Below the pieces are notes generated by a model. It was not told the origin of the DNA and did no database searches. It saw nothing but the letters and a program-made list of their open reading frames with translations. The translations under genes and the position numbers were made by a program. DNA of 64,000 nucleotides. Source: Botryllus schlosseri (Eukaryota). The number at the start of each line of letters is the position of its first letter. Position 1 is the stretch's first letter. The stretch covers positions 25,422,001 through 25,486,000 of the forward strand of contig CM119371.1 in NCBI GenBank assembly GCA_051294905.1, in the 5' to 3' direction. Positions 49,652-63,241 of this stretch are shown here, one piece after another.

Positions 49652-51807
49652 CTGTAGAAAATTCATGGCTCAATTGAACACATACTGTCAGAAATATATT
49701 GTTTGGAACGCCATGGAAGACTTTTCGGGTGTCTTTACACTAATAGAATTTATATCAGTGATTCTGGAACTTATTGTGTCCGACGTCCGTTTGGGGTCCG
49801 CGACTCACGAGAGAGTATTCTGGGACCTTGGACACTTTTGTAAAATTTACACGAGCCAGAATCAAAACGTTTTCGAATATAAATAATTTCATGCAATTTT
49901 ACAATCAAAAGTCGAAGGGCGGCTTACATCGATTCGTAAACCAAAATAAAGTTAAGATTAATTTTGGGCAGATTTTTTTAATCTGAATTTTTTCTGGATT
50001 TCTTGCTTCTGCCATGGTAACCCCTCCGAAAAAATACTCATATTTGTTACAGTAAAAGACTAAGGGCACTTGAAAGTATGGATTAACGGTATATTATTAG
50101 TATAGCTCGAGACCACTGGGATAGCTTGGTCTAGACATGTGCTTGTATGGGTGCAGGAGCTTTAGGCATCGACATTTGGGCACCCGACACTTCCGCATTA
50201 AGGCACTCCGCCAGATATTAATTTTCAGCCAACATGCGGCTTCGCGAAGTGTGGTGCTAAAAAGAAAATGGCGATAAACCCATCAGCCCAAAATGGCCGC
50301 TGCATTTCGGTCTAAAGCGAAGCATCCAATAATGATATGTCGAGGCGCCCAAATGACATATCTTTGCAATCTCAGCCCCACCCACGGTTCACCCGCAACT
50401 CGCAACTAAATATATTGCGTCTGCGAAGAAATGCTAATTGAGATCAACTGTGATCCTACGACTGAGCGACATCCAATTTCATCAGAGAAGCGACAATCAT
50501 TACTTGATGATGTCTCAAACAAAATATTACCAAAAAATGTTAACAAAAAATATTACTAGTATCATGTAGTCTGATGGTTACGCGCGAGACCATCGTGGAT
50601 AATGAACGTAACCTTGCGGTATGAACAATAACCATGGAAGAATAATCATTCACGCTCAAAATTTTCAAGGCACCCTCCCCAACAGCTCCGTCAAAAAACC
50701 GATCACGCGAGCTAATGGAAAGACAAAAATTTATAGTCGTAATAACAAGAACAAAGATCACACACGGATGTAATAGATAGAAATAGATTTTTCATAATAC
50801 TAATTCGCTAGCGTTATTGGTGCGTATATAGTCGGCTAGTATAGTAATAGCTGATAGCTATAAATAAATAAGTCCATCGTTCAAGACAGGGGTGGGCAAT
50901 TATTTTTCTCCGCGGGTCAAATGAGAAGCGGAAATATGTTGGCGGGCGGAGTCAGATATTTTAGAATATCCAGCGCATTGACTTTATTTCTAAATTGGGA
51001 GCAGGGAATTATACGGATTGGTGCTTAGTGGATGTGTTGATATTGGGGAATGACAAAGTGACGGTTAATTACCCAAAAATATACATATTTGCCGTCATAT
51101 TTTGAAACAATATTAAACGTGATACATTTTAAAGTGTCTTTAAACCCCTATCCACGTTTTTCTATCAATACATTAAAATGTATTTGGAATGGCCGAAACA
51201 ACCCGTCGTCACCCCCCCAAACGTTGGTCTTGGATCCCCCATAGAGTTCTAAACCAAGCTTCTGGGGGCTTCGCCCACAGATCATCCCCATCGAGATGCA
51301 CGAGATGTCTTGTATACACTAATTGGCAACGTTTATGCACTAATCGCGCGAAGCGCATAATTTTTTCATGATTCATGATTCAATCGGTCAATAATATTAG
51401 TAATTGCATATATATTGCTATATTTTTTAACCTATCTCATCCACGTAGTGGCCTACTTAGCTTTACCGCTAGAGCTGAACTCTATGTTTTAACCTCTCTC
51501 AGCCCACGTAGTGGCCTACTCAGTTTTACCGCTAGAGCTGAGTGAGGAACTGTCTTGGAAATATTCGGGCGGGCCCGTTGGTGTAATTACTTCGTTACAT
51601 GTCGTTATTTCGTGACCTACCATCTGCTATGTGATAAGATATTGAAATCGCCAAAGCGTACTAAAAAGACGCACCCGATTCCCGATTGGTGTTTCTCCAC
51701 TGGGAAATATTACCTATGGACAATTGGACTTCGTGGTTTTCGGTCAACATAAGGGCAGTCCTTTTCGGCCAAGGTATTGTTGATATAAAATGTATACGAA
51801 TAAAGAT

Positions 51808-51868
51808 TCTCTCTCTCTCTCTCTCTCTTTTTCTCTCTATCTCTCTCTCGTTCTCTCTCTCTCTCTCT
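51808..51868. repeat. (CT)n microsatellite
   Basis: Imperfect CT dinucleotide run. Confidence 0.95.
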
Positions 51869-52309
51869 CAAGAGCATTGGACAACGATCATGCGCCGTGA
51901 TCCAATTAAACATACAAATACACAACAAATATTATACGAAGGATTGAAGAAAAGATCTTGTCGTATAGACTTCGTGGCCAATGAGTCTGGTAATAGCTTT
52001 TTCGTTGTGAAAAGTCGTGAGATTTCCGTACTTACTTAAGATAGCAGTTTAAATTAAAGTTAAGTTTAAACTCAGTCACCACCGTGGCAGCGCAAACAAT
52101 CCATCGACGGGACGAATTGAATCCAACTTTTTTCAACCTGTAATTGGAAAGTAGATTGATTGGTATCGAGTACTGGCAAAGCTGACTCGTTTTCGATGAC
52201 TCTCTTTATATATCAAGCATTGCAGTATATTCTGCCTTACAATATGTGAGTAGGAATACTTTAACATCTTATCAGAGCACTCAGCCTCAACAAAACGTTC
52301 CATAAGATT

Positions 52310-52758
52310 GGGGGATGTGGTACCGATGGATCAAAAATTGCAAAATGATCTCTGGCCCTCAAATTTTCAGCCGAGAATAGCAGATTTTTTGCTGTCCGAA
52401 CACTTTGATACAAGCTCTAACGATCGCGGACATTTACATGGATATCCTCCTTTTCAAAAATTATTTATAAACGTTTAAAATTTGTTGCTCAAACGTATCA
52501 ACGGTCCCCACCCGGAAGGTCCAATGGCGCACGCCGATAAGATCTATGAGACAAACGTTAAAAACTCAATTTTTTCAACTTGTTTTGTTGTGTACTAATG
52601 TAAACAACAGCATGACAATAAAAATGTATCTTCGCCACCTACAATATTAAAATAGATAATATCAAAACAAATTATATCAACTCCGCTATTCTTGGCTGAA
52701 GATTTGATGGCCAGAGATCATTTTGGAATTTAGGATTCATCGGTACCACGTCTCCCCC
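52310..52758. mobile_element. MITE with ~80-bp TIRs, superfamily unclear
   Basis: GGGGGATGTGGTACCGATG..AATGATCTCTGGCC..CAGCCGAGAATAGC is mirrored at ~52680-52758; no TSD resolved. Confidence 0.7.
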
Positions 52759-53164
52759 ACCTAGCCATAGCGATAAAACACCGCAGCTGACTATGATTTG
52801 CAACCTCTATATATGTATGCGTGTTTCTGTGGATTAGTAAGTCCAACTATTTTGCTTAATTTGGCTATGGTGCGATAGGTACGCCACCCTCTAAATATTG
52901 TATTTGAAGTGAAAATAGTCAACTCGAGGATGGTATTGATTCAAAAATAAGTGCCATTATATACTCAGATACAAGCCCTATACTTCACTTTAAAATTCAT
53001 GGCTGGTTTGTTAGTGTGGAAGGTAATATAGAAAAATGTATATGTCGATCCATATTTATCTTACACCCCCTAAAACGTAAGTTATTTGTCACAGACCTTA
53101 TAACTCACGTAGGTCGAAGTTTTTTGCATGCGAGGAAAGATTCAGCCAGCATGCCATTGTATAC

Positions 53165-54284
53165 TAGGGCTGCCATACGTACGGAATTTCCTCTGTGACA
53201 TGTCCGAAACTTCACTGTTCTAACTAGGGTTCGGGAGGAATTTCTAAAATATACCAAATGTCCGGAATTTTGAAGACTTGACGTAGGCTCATAATTTTTT
53301 TCGTAAATCAGTGTAAAAACAATAATTTTTGGGAATATTTATGCTGATGCATGATTTTTTTTTCGCGCTGCGCGCGATTTGTCATCGCATTTATTGATTT
53401 TCATTAGGCGATCCTCGCAGAAAACTGCAATAAAATATACATAGAAACAACCTTAATTTACTGGAATAAGCCTAATTGTAATCGCGATTATAGGAGAACG
53501 GTATATTCCAAGATATGTTTGAGGCCGTTTAAATGCTTTATTCAAAGATAGTGGTTCCAAACGAAGGGTCGGTTACCTTTGTTCTGGGGTTTGCGAATAT
53601 GTTGAACTTAATCAGCTTCCCAAATAGCCCGTGAGTAAGTGTGAGCAAAGGTGCTGACTTCTTTTAGTAATCAGCTCGTCAAATTTTGATCTGAGCCACT
53701 GAACATATTCAAATTGGAGAGGGAGTAGCGACCATAAAACGTTGGAAACCACTGGATGCGGGGTGTTTGTAAATCTCCGTGGTGCGCGCCGGCATAAGGC
53801 TGATTAACAATCTTATCGCTAGGACATAAAAATGACGTAACGATGTGCAATTACGCTCCCCGTATTTTCGAACTGTTCATTCTCCACCAGCTCTACCGCT
53901 ACCTCCGATCATGTGTGCGGAGAGTAGTATTTAAATAGTAATATATGGAACAACCAATATTATTGGCAAAATTCATTCAAATATTTTAACGACCAGATGG
54001 ATATAAAAACCAGATTCCTACAGCAAGCACCCCCGCCCAGAAGTTTCATCGTTTACCCTATAGTGTTGGCTTAACATCACTGTTTATTTGGGCGGAAGGG
54101 GCTGAAAACATGTGCTTCCGGTCCCGGTTGCACAACACACAGCCACATACTCCTGAACCGGATCGTGACCACCTCTGGTCTATGAGCAAAGCTTTTCTAC
54201 TGTGACGTCATAACTCATTTTGAAATCCAATAATGGGCGCTAAAGAGTGTCCGGAATTTGGGTTGCAGAAATATGGTAACCCTA
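53165..54284. mobile_element. hAT-like non-autonomous element
   Basis: TAGGGCTGCCATA / TATGGTAACCCTA; TSD TTGTATAC/TTGTAGAC. Confidence 0.75.
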
Positions 54285-54450
54285 TTGTAGACAAAGTTGC
54301 GTACTGTAATCATGGGATTATCACATATCATTTTTCAAGTATTTTCGGTCCCAGTGTCTCATCGGTCCCAAATCTCCCCTACACCCTCGTTTGATTGCGC
54401 GGGTAGTTTTATAATAAAGCACACAGCGTCATGTATATGAATGAACTTAC

Positions 54451-54556
54451 CGGTGTGTAATATGTTTTTCCAGAACGACCCTACAATGGGCGTTGTCCCC
54501 GAAGCACGTCTGAGCAGATTGCATATATCCACACATAAAATCAGTAACTTCTTCCC
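54451..54556 (-). CDS. LDLa-GPCR Cys-rich ectodomain exon (probable)
   Basis: ttttcag| EEVTDFMCGYMQSAQTCFGDNAHCRVVLEKHITH(R) |gtaagt; ends in phase 2, compatible with the exon at 49651. Confidence 0.55.
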
Positions 54557-55071
54557 CTGAAAACGAAACTGTCATCTGGAAAACTTACTCAGACAGCCCC
54601 TGCTCACTGTTATCGTTGTACTGATGCTTTAGCCACTAATGTTTCGTGGTTTTACATACCACTAAATCGTAAACCCGAAAGACGATATAAACCGAGCTGA
54701 AACGGTTTAACCATTATATAAGGCAGGGGCTTGGAACTTCACCAGTTGGCGGATCTGACATGAGAAAATGAAATACAAAAAGTTTGATGGTCATATTTCT
54801 TAGGTTGGCCACATGATCATGTAAGACCGGGAACTGTCTGTGGGCCATATGTTGACCTATCCTTATATAATGGATTCTGAAACTTTTTTTTTACCTTCGA
54901 CCCCTAAATTTTATTTTCAGCCTCCGCGTTTCCCGAAGCAAAAATATCATCAGAACTAATTCATGAAACATGGTCTATCTATTAGTATTCTTAAGTTCGA
55001 TGATTCAAGTAAGCTATTATCCAAGACTATTCAATAGTAACGGTATAGTATAGCTCATAATATCTGCCTAC

Positions 55072-55332
55072 TGATATGTTCTTGATCCAGCTCTTGCTTA
55101 AACAATAACTCATACGACGAGGTTGCAATATGAAATCAGTATATTATACAGCAGAATAACTTTAGGACAGGCGAAACGATCCAGAGTTCACTTAAACGAA
55201 AGACGAGTAGACAACAGATCACAGGATATAAATACGAAGCACAACACACGAGGAAATAATGATTGGCGGTAATTACTAATCCTAGACAAATAAGAAACAA
55301 ACGATACCAACGTAAAATGCACGAACATAACA
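55072..55332 (-). repeat. Gypsy 3' LTR
   Basis: Direct repeat of 61006-61258, adjacent to the PPT. Confidence 0.95.
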
Positions 55333-58079
55333 TTCCCCCCCTTTTAAGAGTACAAGGTAATTTATGTTCGCCGATAGAACTCAATTTGTTTTCGAATTCC
55401 AAGCGGATAACGTCAGCCCGACGTTCGAGCAGGACTATAATTGCAGGACGTTGTGCCCTATCCCTGACCAATGGTTGCTCACTGCTCAGGTGGTGGCCGT
55501 TGAGGCTGAACAACTTCCTGTGTGGCTGTATCATTAATGGTGGAAATCAAGCGTGGTTGGAGTTGGTTTTCATGCTTTCTCCGATACCCATGATCTGTTT
55601 TTATAATGTACACAACACGTCCCAATATTTCCGTCACCACCCCAGCGCGTAAACCGAGGAACCAATCTTGAAATGGCGTAACTGGTTTCGATTTACCGAA
55701 GGGCGAGCACAAACTTAACAAATTGCGTGGCTGTCGGCCATGTAAAATCTCAGCAGGCGTTTTCCAGTCTATGCCCGGGTACGGTGCACATCGGTACGTA
55801 GCGAGAAGTGTTTGTAGCTCGAAGCTGAGATCTTTTTCCACGTCGCAATTTTTTATCAATCCAGTTTTTAAAGTCTGGACGAAGCGCTCCGCTTCCCCGT
55901 TCGAGGCAGTTTGAAAAGACGATGATACGATATGGTTGACTGCCAAATTCGAACAAAACGTATCGAATTCATTCGATGTGAATTGCGGTCCGCCATCCGT
56001 GACGATTATTACGGGCAAGCCTTCGATAGAGAAGACTTCCTTCAAGACGTTGATTACACGCAAGTTCGTGGTAGATCCGACATTCATTACTTTAACGTAA
56101 GGATATTTCGAATGCGCATCGACGATGACAAGAAACATTTTATTTTTCATTGGACTTGCGAAGTCCAAGTGAATCCGTTTAAAGCTTTCAGAGGTTTTTG
56201 GCCATTCGCGATACTGACGACCAGGCGCTTTCATTACTTTACGGCAAGCGTCGCAACTCTTCGAGATTTTCAATGTCGCGATTAATGGAAGGCCATGCGA
56301 TGTAACGTCGAGTCATCTGCTTCATTTTCGCGATACCCCAATGACCTTCGTGCAACAATGATAAGGCTCGCGCTCGAAGTGACAGCGGAATTACTACGCG
56401 CTGAAAACCATCAATATTGAGCATGACTATGTCTTCGTGCAGAGAGCGAATGTTTGCGAGACGAAAACCAAGTGAAATCATGAACGTGCGTCTTTGGATT
56501 CCAGTTACGATAAGTGACAGATAATTTTACTAGTTCCATGGTTTTGTCTTTCAGTGTCGCGTCGCAGATTTCATTGCGAGTTAACGGTAAGCCATCGATT
56601 GCCATATTAATAGCGTGAACGATCTCCGCGTTTTCACGAATTTCCAGTTCGTCAAACTCAACGTCGGGACCCTTTGGTAGGCGAGATAAACCGTTGGCGT
56701 TTCCGTGCTGATTAGTCGGTTTATTGCGAATATGGTATTTGTAAGCCATGAGCGTTAGTGGCCATCTCTGTAAGCGTTGCGCTGTAATCACGGGAATTTT
56801 CTTGTCTGGCGAAAAAACAGCTAAAAGCGGTTTGTGGTCCGTTACGAGCGTGAATTTTCTACCATACAAGAATTGACGAAATTTAGTGACTCCGTAAATG
56901 ATTGACAGAGCTTTCTTCTCTATTTGAGAGTAGGATTTTTGCGAATCGGAAAGCTTTTTCGATGCGTGCGCGATCGGTCTCTCTTCGCCACTGTGCTCGA
57001 TTGAGAGCACAGCGCCGATTCCGAATTGAGAGCATCCGTTGACAAAATGAGATGCTTGTTTACTTCATAATGAGCTAACTGCGTAGCGTCGATTACGTCG
57101 TTTTTGAGAATGCAAAAAGCTGCGTCACAGCCCGTATTCCAAATGAATTTAGCGTCTTTTTGAAGAAGGCGATATAACGAAGCGGCTTTATTCGTAAAAT
57201 TAGGAATACACGCGCGATAATAATCGACTTTGCCCACGAATGCCGGTAGCTGGCGAACATCCCGAGGTTTAGGCAACTGTTTGATTGCTTCAACGGATTT
57301 GTTAGACGGGCGTTTGCCGTTCTTGTCAATTATATGACCAAGATACTCGATACTACTTTCGAAAAATTCACATTTAGCGAAGTTAACGGTGAAACCATAT
57401 TCTGTGGGGCCTGAGGCGCTCAAAGAGTAGCGATAGGTTGCGAAAATGGTCGCGTTCATCAGTGCCAGTAACGATTATGTCATCGATAAAACTAGCAACA
57501 CTGGGTAAGGCTGCGGTCATGTCATCAATACAACGTTGAAAATTTGTGGGACTAGATGCGACTCCGAAACACATGCGTCGGTAACGGAAAAGACCGAATT
57601 GCGTGTTTATGACACACAAATTCTTCGCATCATCATCTAATTCTTGTTGAAAATGAGCATCGGCAAGATCAATTTACGTGAAAATACAACCAACCTGTAA
57701 CTTGTTAAGAATTTCATCTAAGGAGGGCAGGGGATGTTGATCTATCTGAATTTGTTGTTTCAATGCTTTGAAGTCACCACAAATGCGTACAGATCCATTA
57801 GACTTAGTGACGGCAACAATAGGTGCTGCCCATTCACTGTAATTGATTGGCTCGAGGACACCTTGATTGACTAATCTACTCGATTCGGTTTGAAAAGCGA
57901 TTTGCCTTGCGAAGGCAAAGGATGTGGCTTGTTAAATACGGGCTTGGCATTAGGTTTCAAGTGAATTGTCACATTTGTCTTGGTGCATCGTCTTAATACA
58001 TTAGAGAAAACAGATGGAAATTTAGACTTGAAAGGCTACCAATTTGTCGTTCGAATCACAAACGTCAATAGTATTACAG

Positions 58080-59526
58080 CAGTGGTTCCCAACCTGTGGT
58101 ACGGGTACCACTAGTGGTACGCGAAGGTCTTCCAGGTGGTACGCGAGTAGATTCTGTTTTTCTTTCGACCGACGGGAGACATTAGGTCAGGTGGACCAGT
58201 CAGCCAAGCCGAAACACAAAGATTGTTCTCCAATAAACTTCTGACTTAGCATGGCCTCCTCGCACTAGACGCTAGCTTCTCAGGCTATTGCCCATCTGCT
58301 AATTTTCCCTTCTACGTAAGAGTGCGAGCAAGGATTTTCATCCTCGTCTAAGAAACGAAACTGACTTGTTGTGCCCATGCATGACTTTCGATGCGCTGCG
58401 AAAAAACGCAGGGCTGTAACTGGCACACCTCAAACCCCCAACTGGTGGGGGATCGAAGGGGCGCAAAATTAATTCGGAAATAAGCATAAATTAAGTTCCG
58501 ACTCTGAGAAGTGTGCCAGAACGATCGGCGGCGAAGAAAACCTGGGCCGAAAAGTACTGTCCTTATGCTGACCGAAAACCTCAATATATATACATAGGCC
58601 TATATATTTAATGTCCATAGGCGCCTAAATTACTGGCTCCGAATGTTCCTGTCCTGGCAATCTGAACCTCGCAAAACAAATGCCTACCCGCAAGGAAAAT
58701 TTAATTGCCAGTGACGAAATGACTATTTGAAATCGTGTACGTCTTCTAGTTTAGTACGTTGGCGCGATTTCAATATCTTTTGACATAGCAGACAGGAAGT
58801 CACGAAACAACATCATGTAATGAAGTTATTATATCGCCCGAATATGTTAAATTAATATTTGCGAGCCCTGCAGTTTCAAAGACACCTCATTCGGCTCTAA
58901 CGGGAAATCTTATTACATGAGCGGGGAGGATAAAAATTTGATAGTAACATATATTACATATATATACACAGTGCACACCTACACACCAATTCAACCATGA
59001 ATTGTCGAATTCGCGCTTGGCGCGTTTAGGCGGAGTAATGCGTCTCTCGGTACAATAAATATCGGTGATAAGTAGCAGCGAATACGACTAACCTGATGGG
59101 GTGTCTGGGGCGAACCCCCCGAATTTGGTTGATCACCCTATGCTATGGGGCCCAAGACCAGCTTTTTTTGGGTAGGACTGACGAAGTGCTGTTACGGTTC
59201 TGAGCAAACCCATGCCACGCATCGACCAGCTAATGGAAAATAAATAAATGCAGCCGTCGCATTTAATAAATTGACTTCTTTTGTTTGTTGTAATTTCATT
59301 ACGTTGTTCTTCTTGTGACTGGTGGTGAAAAAACAATTCCATTCATTCATCAACCCTGGCTGATAATGTCTAGTTTTGTTTTACACCTCGCTCCCATAGA
59401 TCAAATACGTGATTATGACGTCATAAATGGCGGGAACCTAGCGAACGTAACTTATGTAGGTGGTACGCGAGCACTGTATAAAACCTCGAAATGGTACGTG
59501 AGTAGAAAAAAGGTTGGGAACCACTG
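58080..59526 (+). mobile_element. hAT family A copy inserted in Gypsy pol
   Basis: TIR CAGTGGTTCCCAACC; TSD TATTACAG/TATAACAG. Confidence 0.9.
58409..59202 (+). mobile_element. hAT family B copy nested in family A
   Basis: CAGGGCTGTAAC / GTTACGGTTCTG; degenerate TSD at the AGCAAACG site of family A. Confidence 0.8.
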
Positions 59527-61005
59527 TATAACAGAATTGCGATTTGACCATCTGCGAGGAAATTGCATCCAAAGCAGACGTTCCCTTAGCGGGCATGGAG
59601 AAAGCATCGCTCCAATCGAGACCAAAAATGTTTTGCCCACGGTGTTCGTCGAGAACTACCAATTTCAAACCAACTCGAACTTCGGAACCCACCTGCAGCG
59701 CAAATACCTTTTCACTTTCAGTGGCTTGTCGCCGTACGCTACGAAAGAGCAATGGTATGCTGAGAGTTTCGGCGAGACCAAAGTTTTGTACCCAGTCAAT
59801 CCCACCATGGCGGCGGGTGCACCAGTGTCCCACTGTGTCGGCACGGAATGCCTTCGATACTGGAGTTGATCCAGAGCTGGCTTCCTACTCGTCGATATAG
59901 TTGATCGATGTCGAAGGAGAGGAGCGGCGTTGATCAGAAATTGACAGATGTGACCTGTTGCGTGACACTACGTTTGGTCGACATGCCCAAAGGTTTGATG
60001 TGACCTTTACGACCACATTTCTGACATACTGCATGTCGATATTGACAGTCTTGTCTCTGGTGATCGATGAAACAGCGGCTGCAGGATATCAGTATTTCCG
60101 GGAAGTTGCCCTGGATGGATTTAGAAGGTTTTTTCCCCTTCTGATAACTTCCCGTCATTTTATTGACGATGGAAGTATCTTTACCGTTACTCTCGCCCTG
60201 GATAACCGTATCAGATCCCAGCGTTCTCACGTATGTTGCGGCTACTTTAAGAACGTCGTCGAGGGATTGATTGGTTTGTGTTAAGACAATGCCGTCTAAC
60301 ATGTGCGTGCGGCGTTTCTTTAATGATGAGATCGTGCATTAGTTCATCAACGTAGCTCTGATCACAGCCTTCTCTTGAGCATGTGAAGTTGCAATCCTTG
60401 GAGATTCCGCGTAGAGCAGCGATCCAATCGGCGTACGACTGTCCCGGCTGCATTTTGCAATTGGAAAATTCGTACCTGGCAGCTTGCACATGAATTGAGT
60501 CCTTGAAGTGAGTAGACAACTTCTCAGTCAACGCGTCGAAGGATTGTGCACTGACATCAGCAGCACCAAACAAATTTCGTAGGAGCGAGTAGGTTTCGGG
60601 TCCAACCCAGGAGAGTAGACACGCTCTTTTCTTCTCCATGTTGGAAATGCCGTAAATTGCTAGGTGATGGTTGAATCGTTGCGGATATTGGTCCCATTTC
60701 GCCTTTGATTTTACAAACGAATCTAATTGGGAGCGGTAGCTTCAGATGTTGACGCACCGGGACTTAACCTCTGCGCTAATGCTGCAGCTTTTGCTGTGTC
60801 ATATCTTCTTTGTGCTGTGCTCGTTGTTGGTCCAAATCTTTTCTGTGACCAGCTTTTTGCTGCTCCAGCTGTGCTTTTTGATTTGCCTTTGTTTCATGTA
60901 AGCTCGCCATCATTGCCTACTGCTTCTCGAGCAGCTTCAGCATACCTGAATCCATGCTTCATCTTCGTCGCAGAAATAACTATGAATCCGACTTCTGACA
61001 ACAAT

Positions 61006-61258
61006 TGTTATGTTCTTGATCTTGCTTGAACAATAACTCATACGACGAGGTTGCAATATGAAATCAGTATATGATACAGCTGAATAACTTTAAGACAGGC
61101 GACACGATCCAGAGTTCAGTTAAACGAAAGACGAGTAGACAATAGAACACAGGGTATAAATACGAAGCACGACACACGAGGAAATAATGATTGGCGGTAA
61201 TTACTAATCCTAGACAAAAAAAACAAACGACACCAACGTAAAATGCATGAACATAACA
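61006..61258 (-). repeat. Gypsy 5' LTR
   Basis: Direct repeat of 55072-55332, adjacent to the PBS. Confidence 0.95.
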
Positions 61259-61476
61259 CCTACCGGTAGCTCATTGGATGCTGCAAATTCAGTCTGCAGT
61301 CGACAGTAAGATGTTCAGTAACGACATCAAGGTGTGTATATACATAATTCTCAATCAAGTGAGAGAGCTAATTTGCCAGAGCCCAAATGAAATACGCGAA
61401 ATCATTCCTGACCCCTTTTTCTGCAGGTATTTCCATCATTACCAATTATTCATACGATTAACATACACACACAAAT

Positions 61477-62716
61477 CAGCACCGTAACTGCCGCACCCCA
61501 AACCCCCCAATTGAGGGGGGGCGAGCTCGATGGGGGGCCCAAAATTATTTCGTGAATTAGCATAAATCATAGAGTATTTTTGGAATATTTAAGCAATTTT
61601 TTCAAAATTCAAGTAGCCATTTATCTTTATTATTGGTTATTGGGCCATTACCGCGCCACGACCCACCAAGACATACAATCAAGTTTTAGGCCATATAACA
61701 TGCGACTCCAAGAAGTGTGCCAGAACGATTGGCAGCGAGAAAAGCTTGGCCGAAAAGGTCTATGCCCTTATGCAGACCAAAGACTTCGCTGTATATACAA
61801 AATACATATAGGTTTACTTGTCCATAGGCGCCAAAATGACTGGCGCCGAATGTTCCTGTCTTTGCAATCTGAACCTAACAAGACAAATACCATCCCGCTA
61901 AGAAAAAATTTATGCCAGTGAAGAAATACCAATTTGAAATCGTGTGCGTCTCTTAGTTTAGAAGCCTACGTTTGGGCGGTTCTATATTTTTTTTATATGG
62001 CAGACTGGAAGTCACGAAATAACATCATGTAACGAAGTCATATCAACGGTTTCGCCCGCCCGAAGATGTTTAATCATTATTTACGGGCCCTCCCGTTTTC
62101 AAGACACTTAACTCAGCTCTACCGGTAAATCTAATAACGTGAGTAGAGAGGACAATAAATTGATAGCATATTATATATGCAATCGCCGATCTGATGGACC
62201 GATTTTATCATAAATTATCGAAAATCTTCGCGCGTGGCGCTGACTCACAATACAGTACCGGTAATTTCGTGACAAACGCGAACAACGTGATGGGGTGGGT
62301 CGTTTTATCACCCTATGGAAGCCCAAGACCCACGTTTTTGGGGACCTGACGAGGTGCTGTTTCGTTCCTGCCAACGGGTATACGCCCGAAGATGTTTAAT
62401 TATTATTGAGTCGTCCTACCTTTTCAAACACACCTCACTCAGCTCTGCCGGCAAATCTGATTACGTGTGCAGAGAGAAGATAAAAATTGATAACAATGTA
62501 TGCAATTCCCGATCATACTGACCGATGAAAGCATGAACTCTAGAATTTTTGCGCGCTTCGCGCGCTTAGGCGACAAAAGCTGATCCACTAAAGAAACTCC
62601 CAATGAACATGATGATTAGTGGTAAACAGGGGTAAACAGTGTATCGCTGGAGGGGGGTCTGGGGGGCCCAAGACCAAAGTTTTTTGGGGGGCTGACGAAG
62701 TGCTGTTACGGCCCTA
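61477..62716 (+). mobile_element. hAT family B copy
   Basis: Colinear with 15397-16696, including the internal duplication. Confidence 0.85.
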
Positions 62717-62899
62717 CACACAATAGGAAACTTAATCCAGTATTACGCGATTCACGAACGAATCGCAATAGCGCGTAATAAAGGCATATTACTAATAATT
62801 ATATCCTCTCGCACCCCATGTAATCGAATTTATTGCTATAGACTTAGCTCAAGGTAAAACTTAGCAATTTGTAGACATAAGTTTGTAAAGGAAACATTA

Positions 62900-63120
62900 C
62901 ACTGGTCAAAAAAATGAAAAAAATATTTGTGGCAGAATATCTGAGAGCCGTTTCAGGGGCTTTTGAGATTGCTGATTACCAATATCACATTAGTTTTGCC
63001 AGATTGGCTCTTGTTCGGGATATATTTATACCCCTAAAAAAGCCCAAAATTACTGTATCTACCCCATTTTACTTGATAGGAAGAAAATCGTACTTTTTAT
63101 TCTAATTTTTTACTGCGCAT
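62900..63120 (+). mobile_element. Left end of a Chapaev3-type element
   Basis: TTA|CACTGGTCAA terminus plus a TGCTGATT subterminal motif like the 690 end. Confidence 0.5.
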
Positions 63121-63241
63121 AAAGAGATAGTTGACTATGAAGAACCCTCATGTCGTTCTCAGTCATTCTATCAATAAAAACATGACCTGGTGCGAAATAT
63201 TTGTTTGTCAGCGAGAAAAGTGAAGGAAGCTAAAAGACGAA

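Larger units (their letters stand above)
55072..61258 (-). mobile_element. Ty3/Gypsy LTR retrotransposon (Mag-like), full-length but frameshifted
   Basis: LTRs 55072-55332 and 61006-61258 (TG..CA); TSD CCTAC; tRNA-Leu-like PBS TTGTCAGAAGTCGGAT; PPT AAAAGGGGGGGAA. Gag (LLSWVGPETY, CQKCGRKGH), RT (FIDDII), RNase H (RPIAHASKKLS), integrase (RIHLDFA, TDGGPQF, SNGEAERFV). Confidence 0.95.

Noticed and set aside
50465..50515. LDLa-like NDCRFSDEIGC on the minus strand
   Set aside because: No convincing acceptor or donor, and the flanking exons already join in phase; it could be a decayed exon but is unsupported.
54590..54640. Further GPCR exon with a GTAAGT donor just above 54556
   Set aside because: It would need a ~32-nt intron, shorter than the 56-62-nt introns otherwise seen in this gene; unresolved.
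59315..59869. 184-aa plus-strand ORF
   Set aside because: Chance read-through of a MITE end into antisense Gypsy protease sequence.
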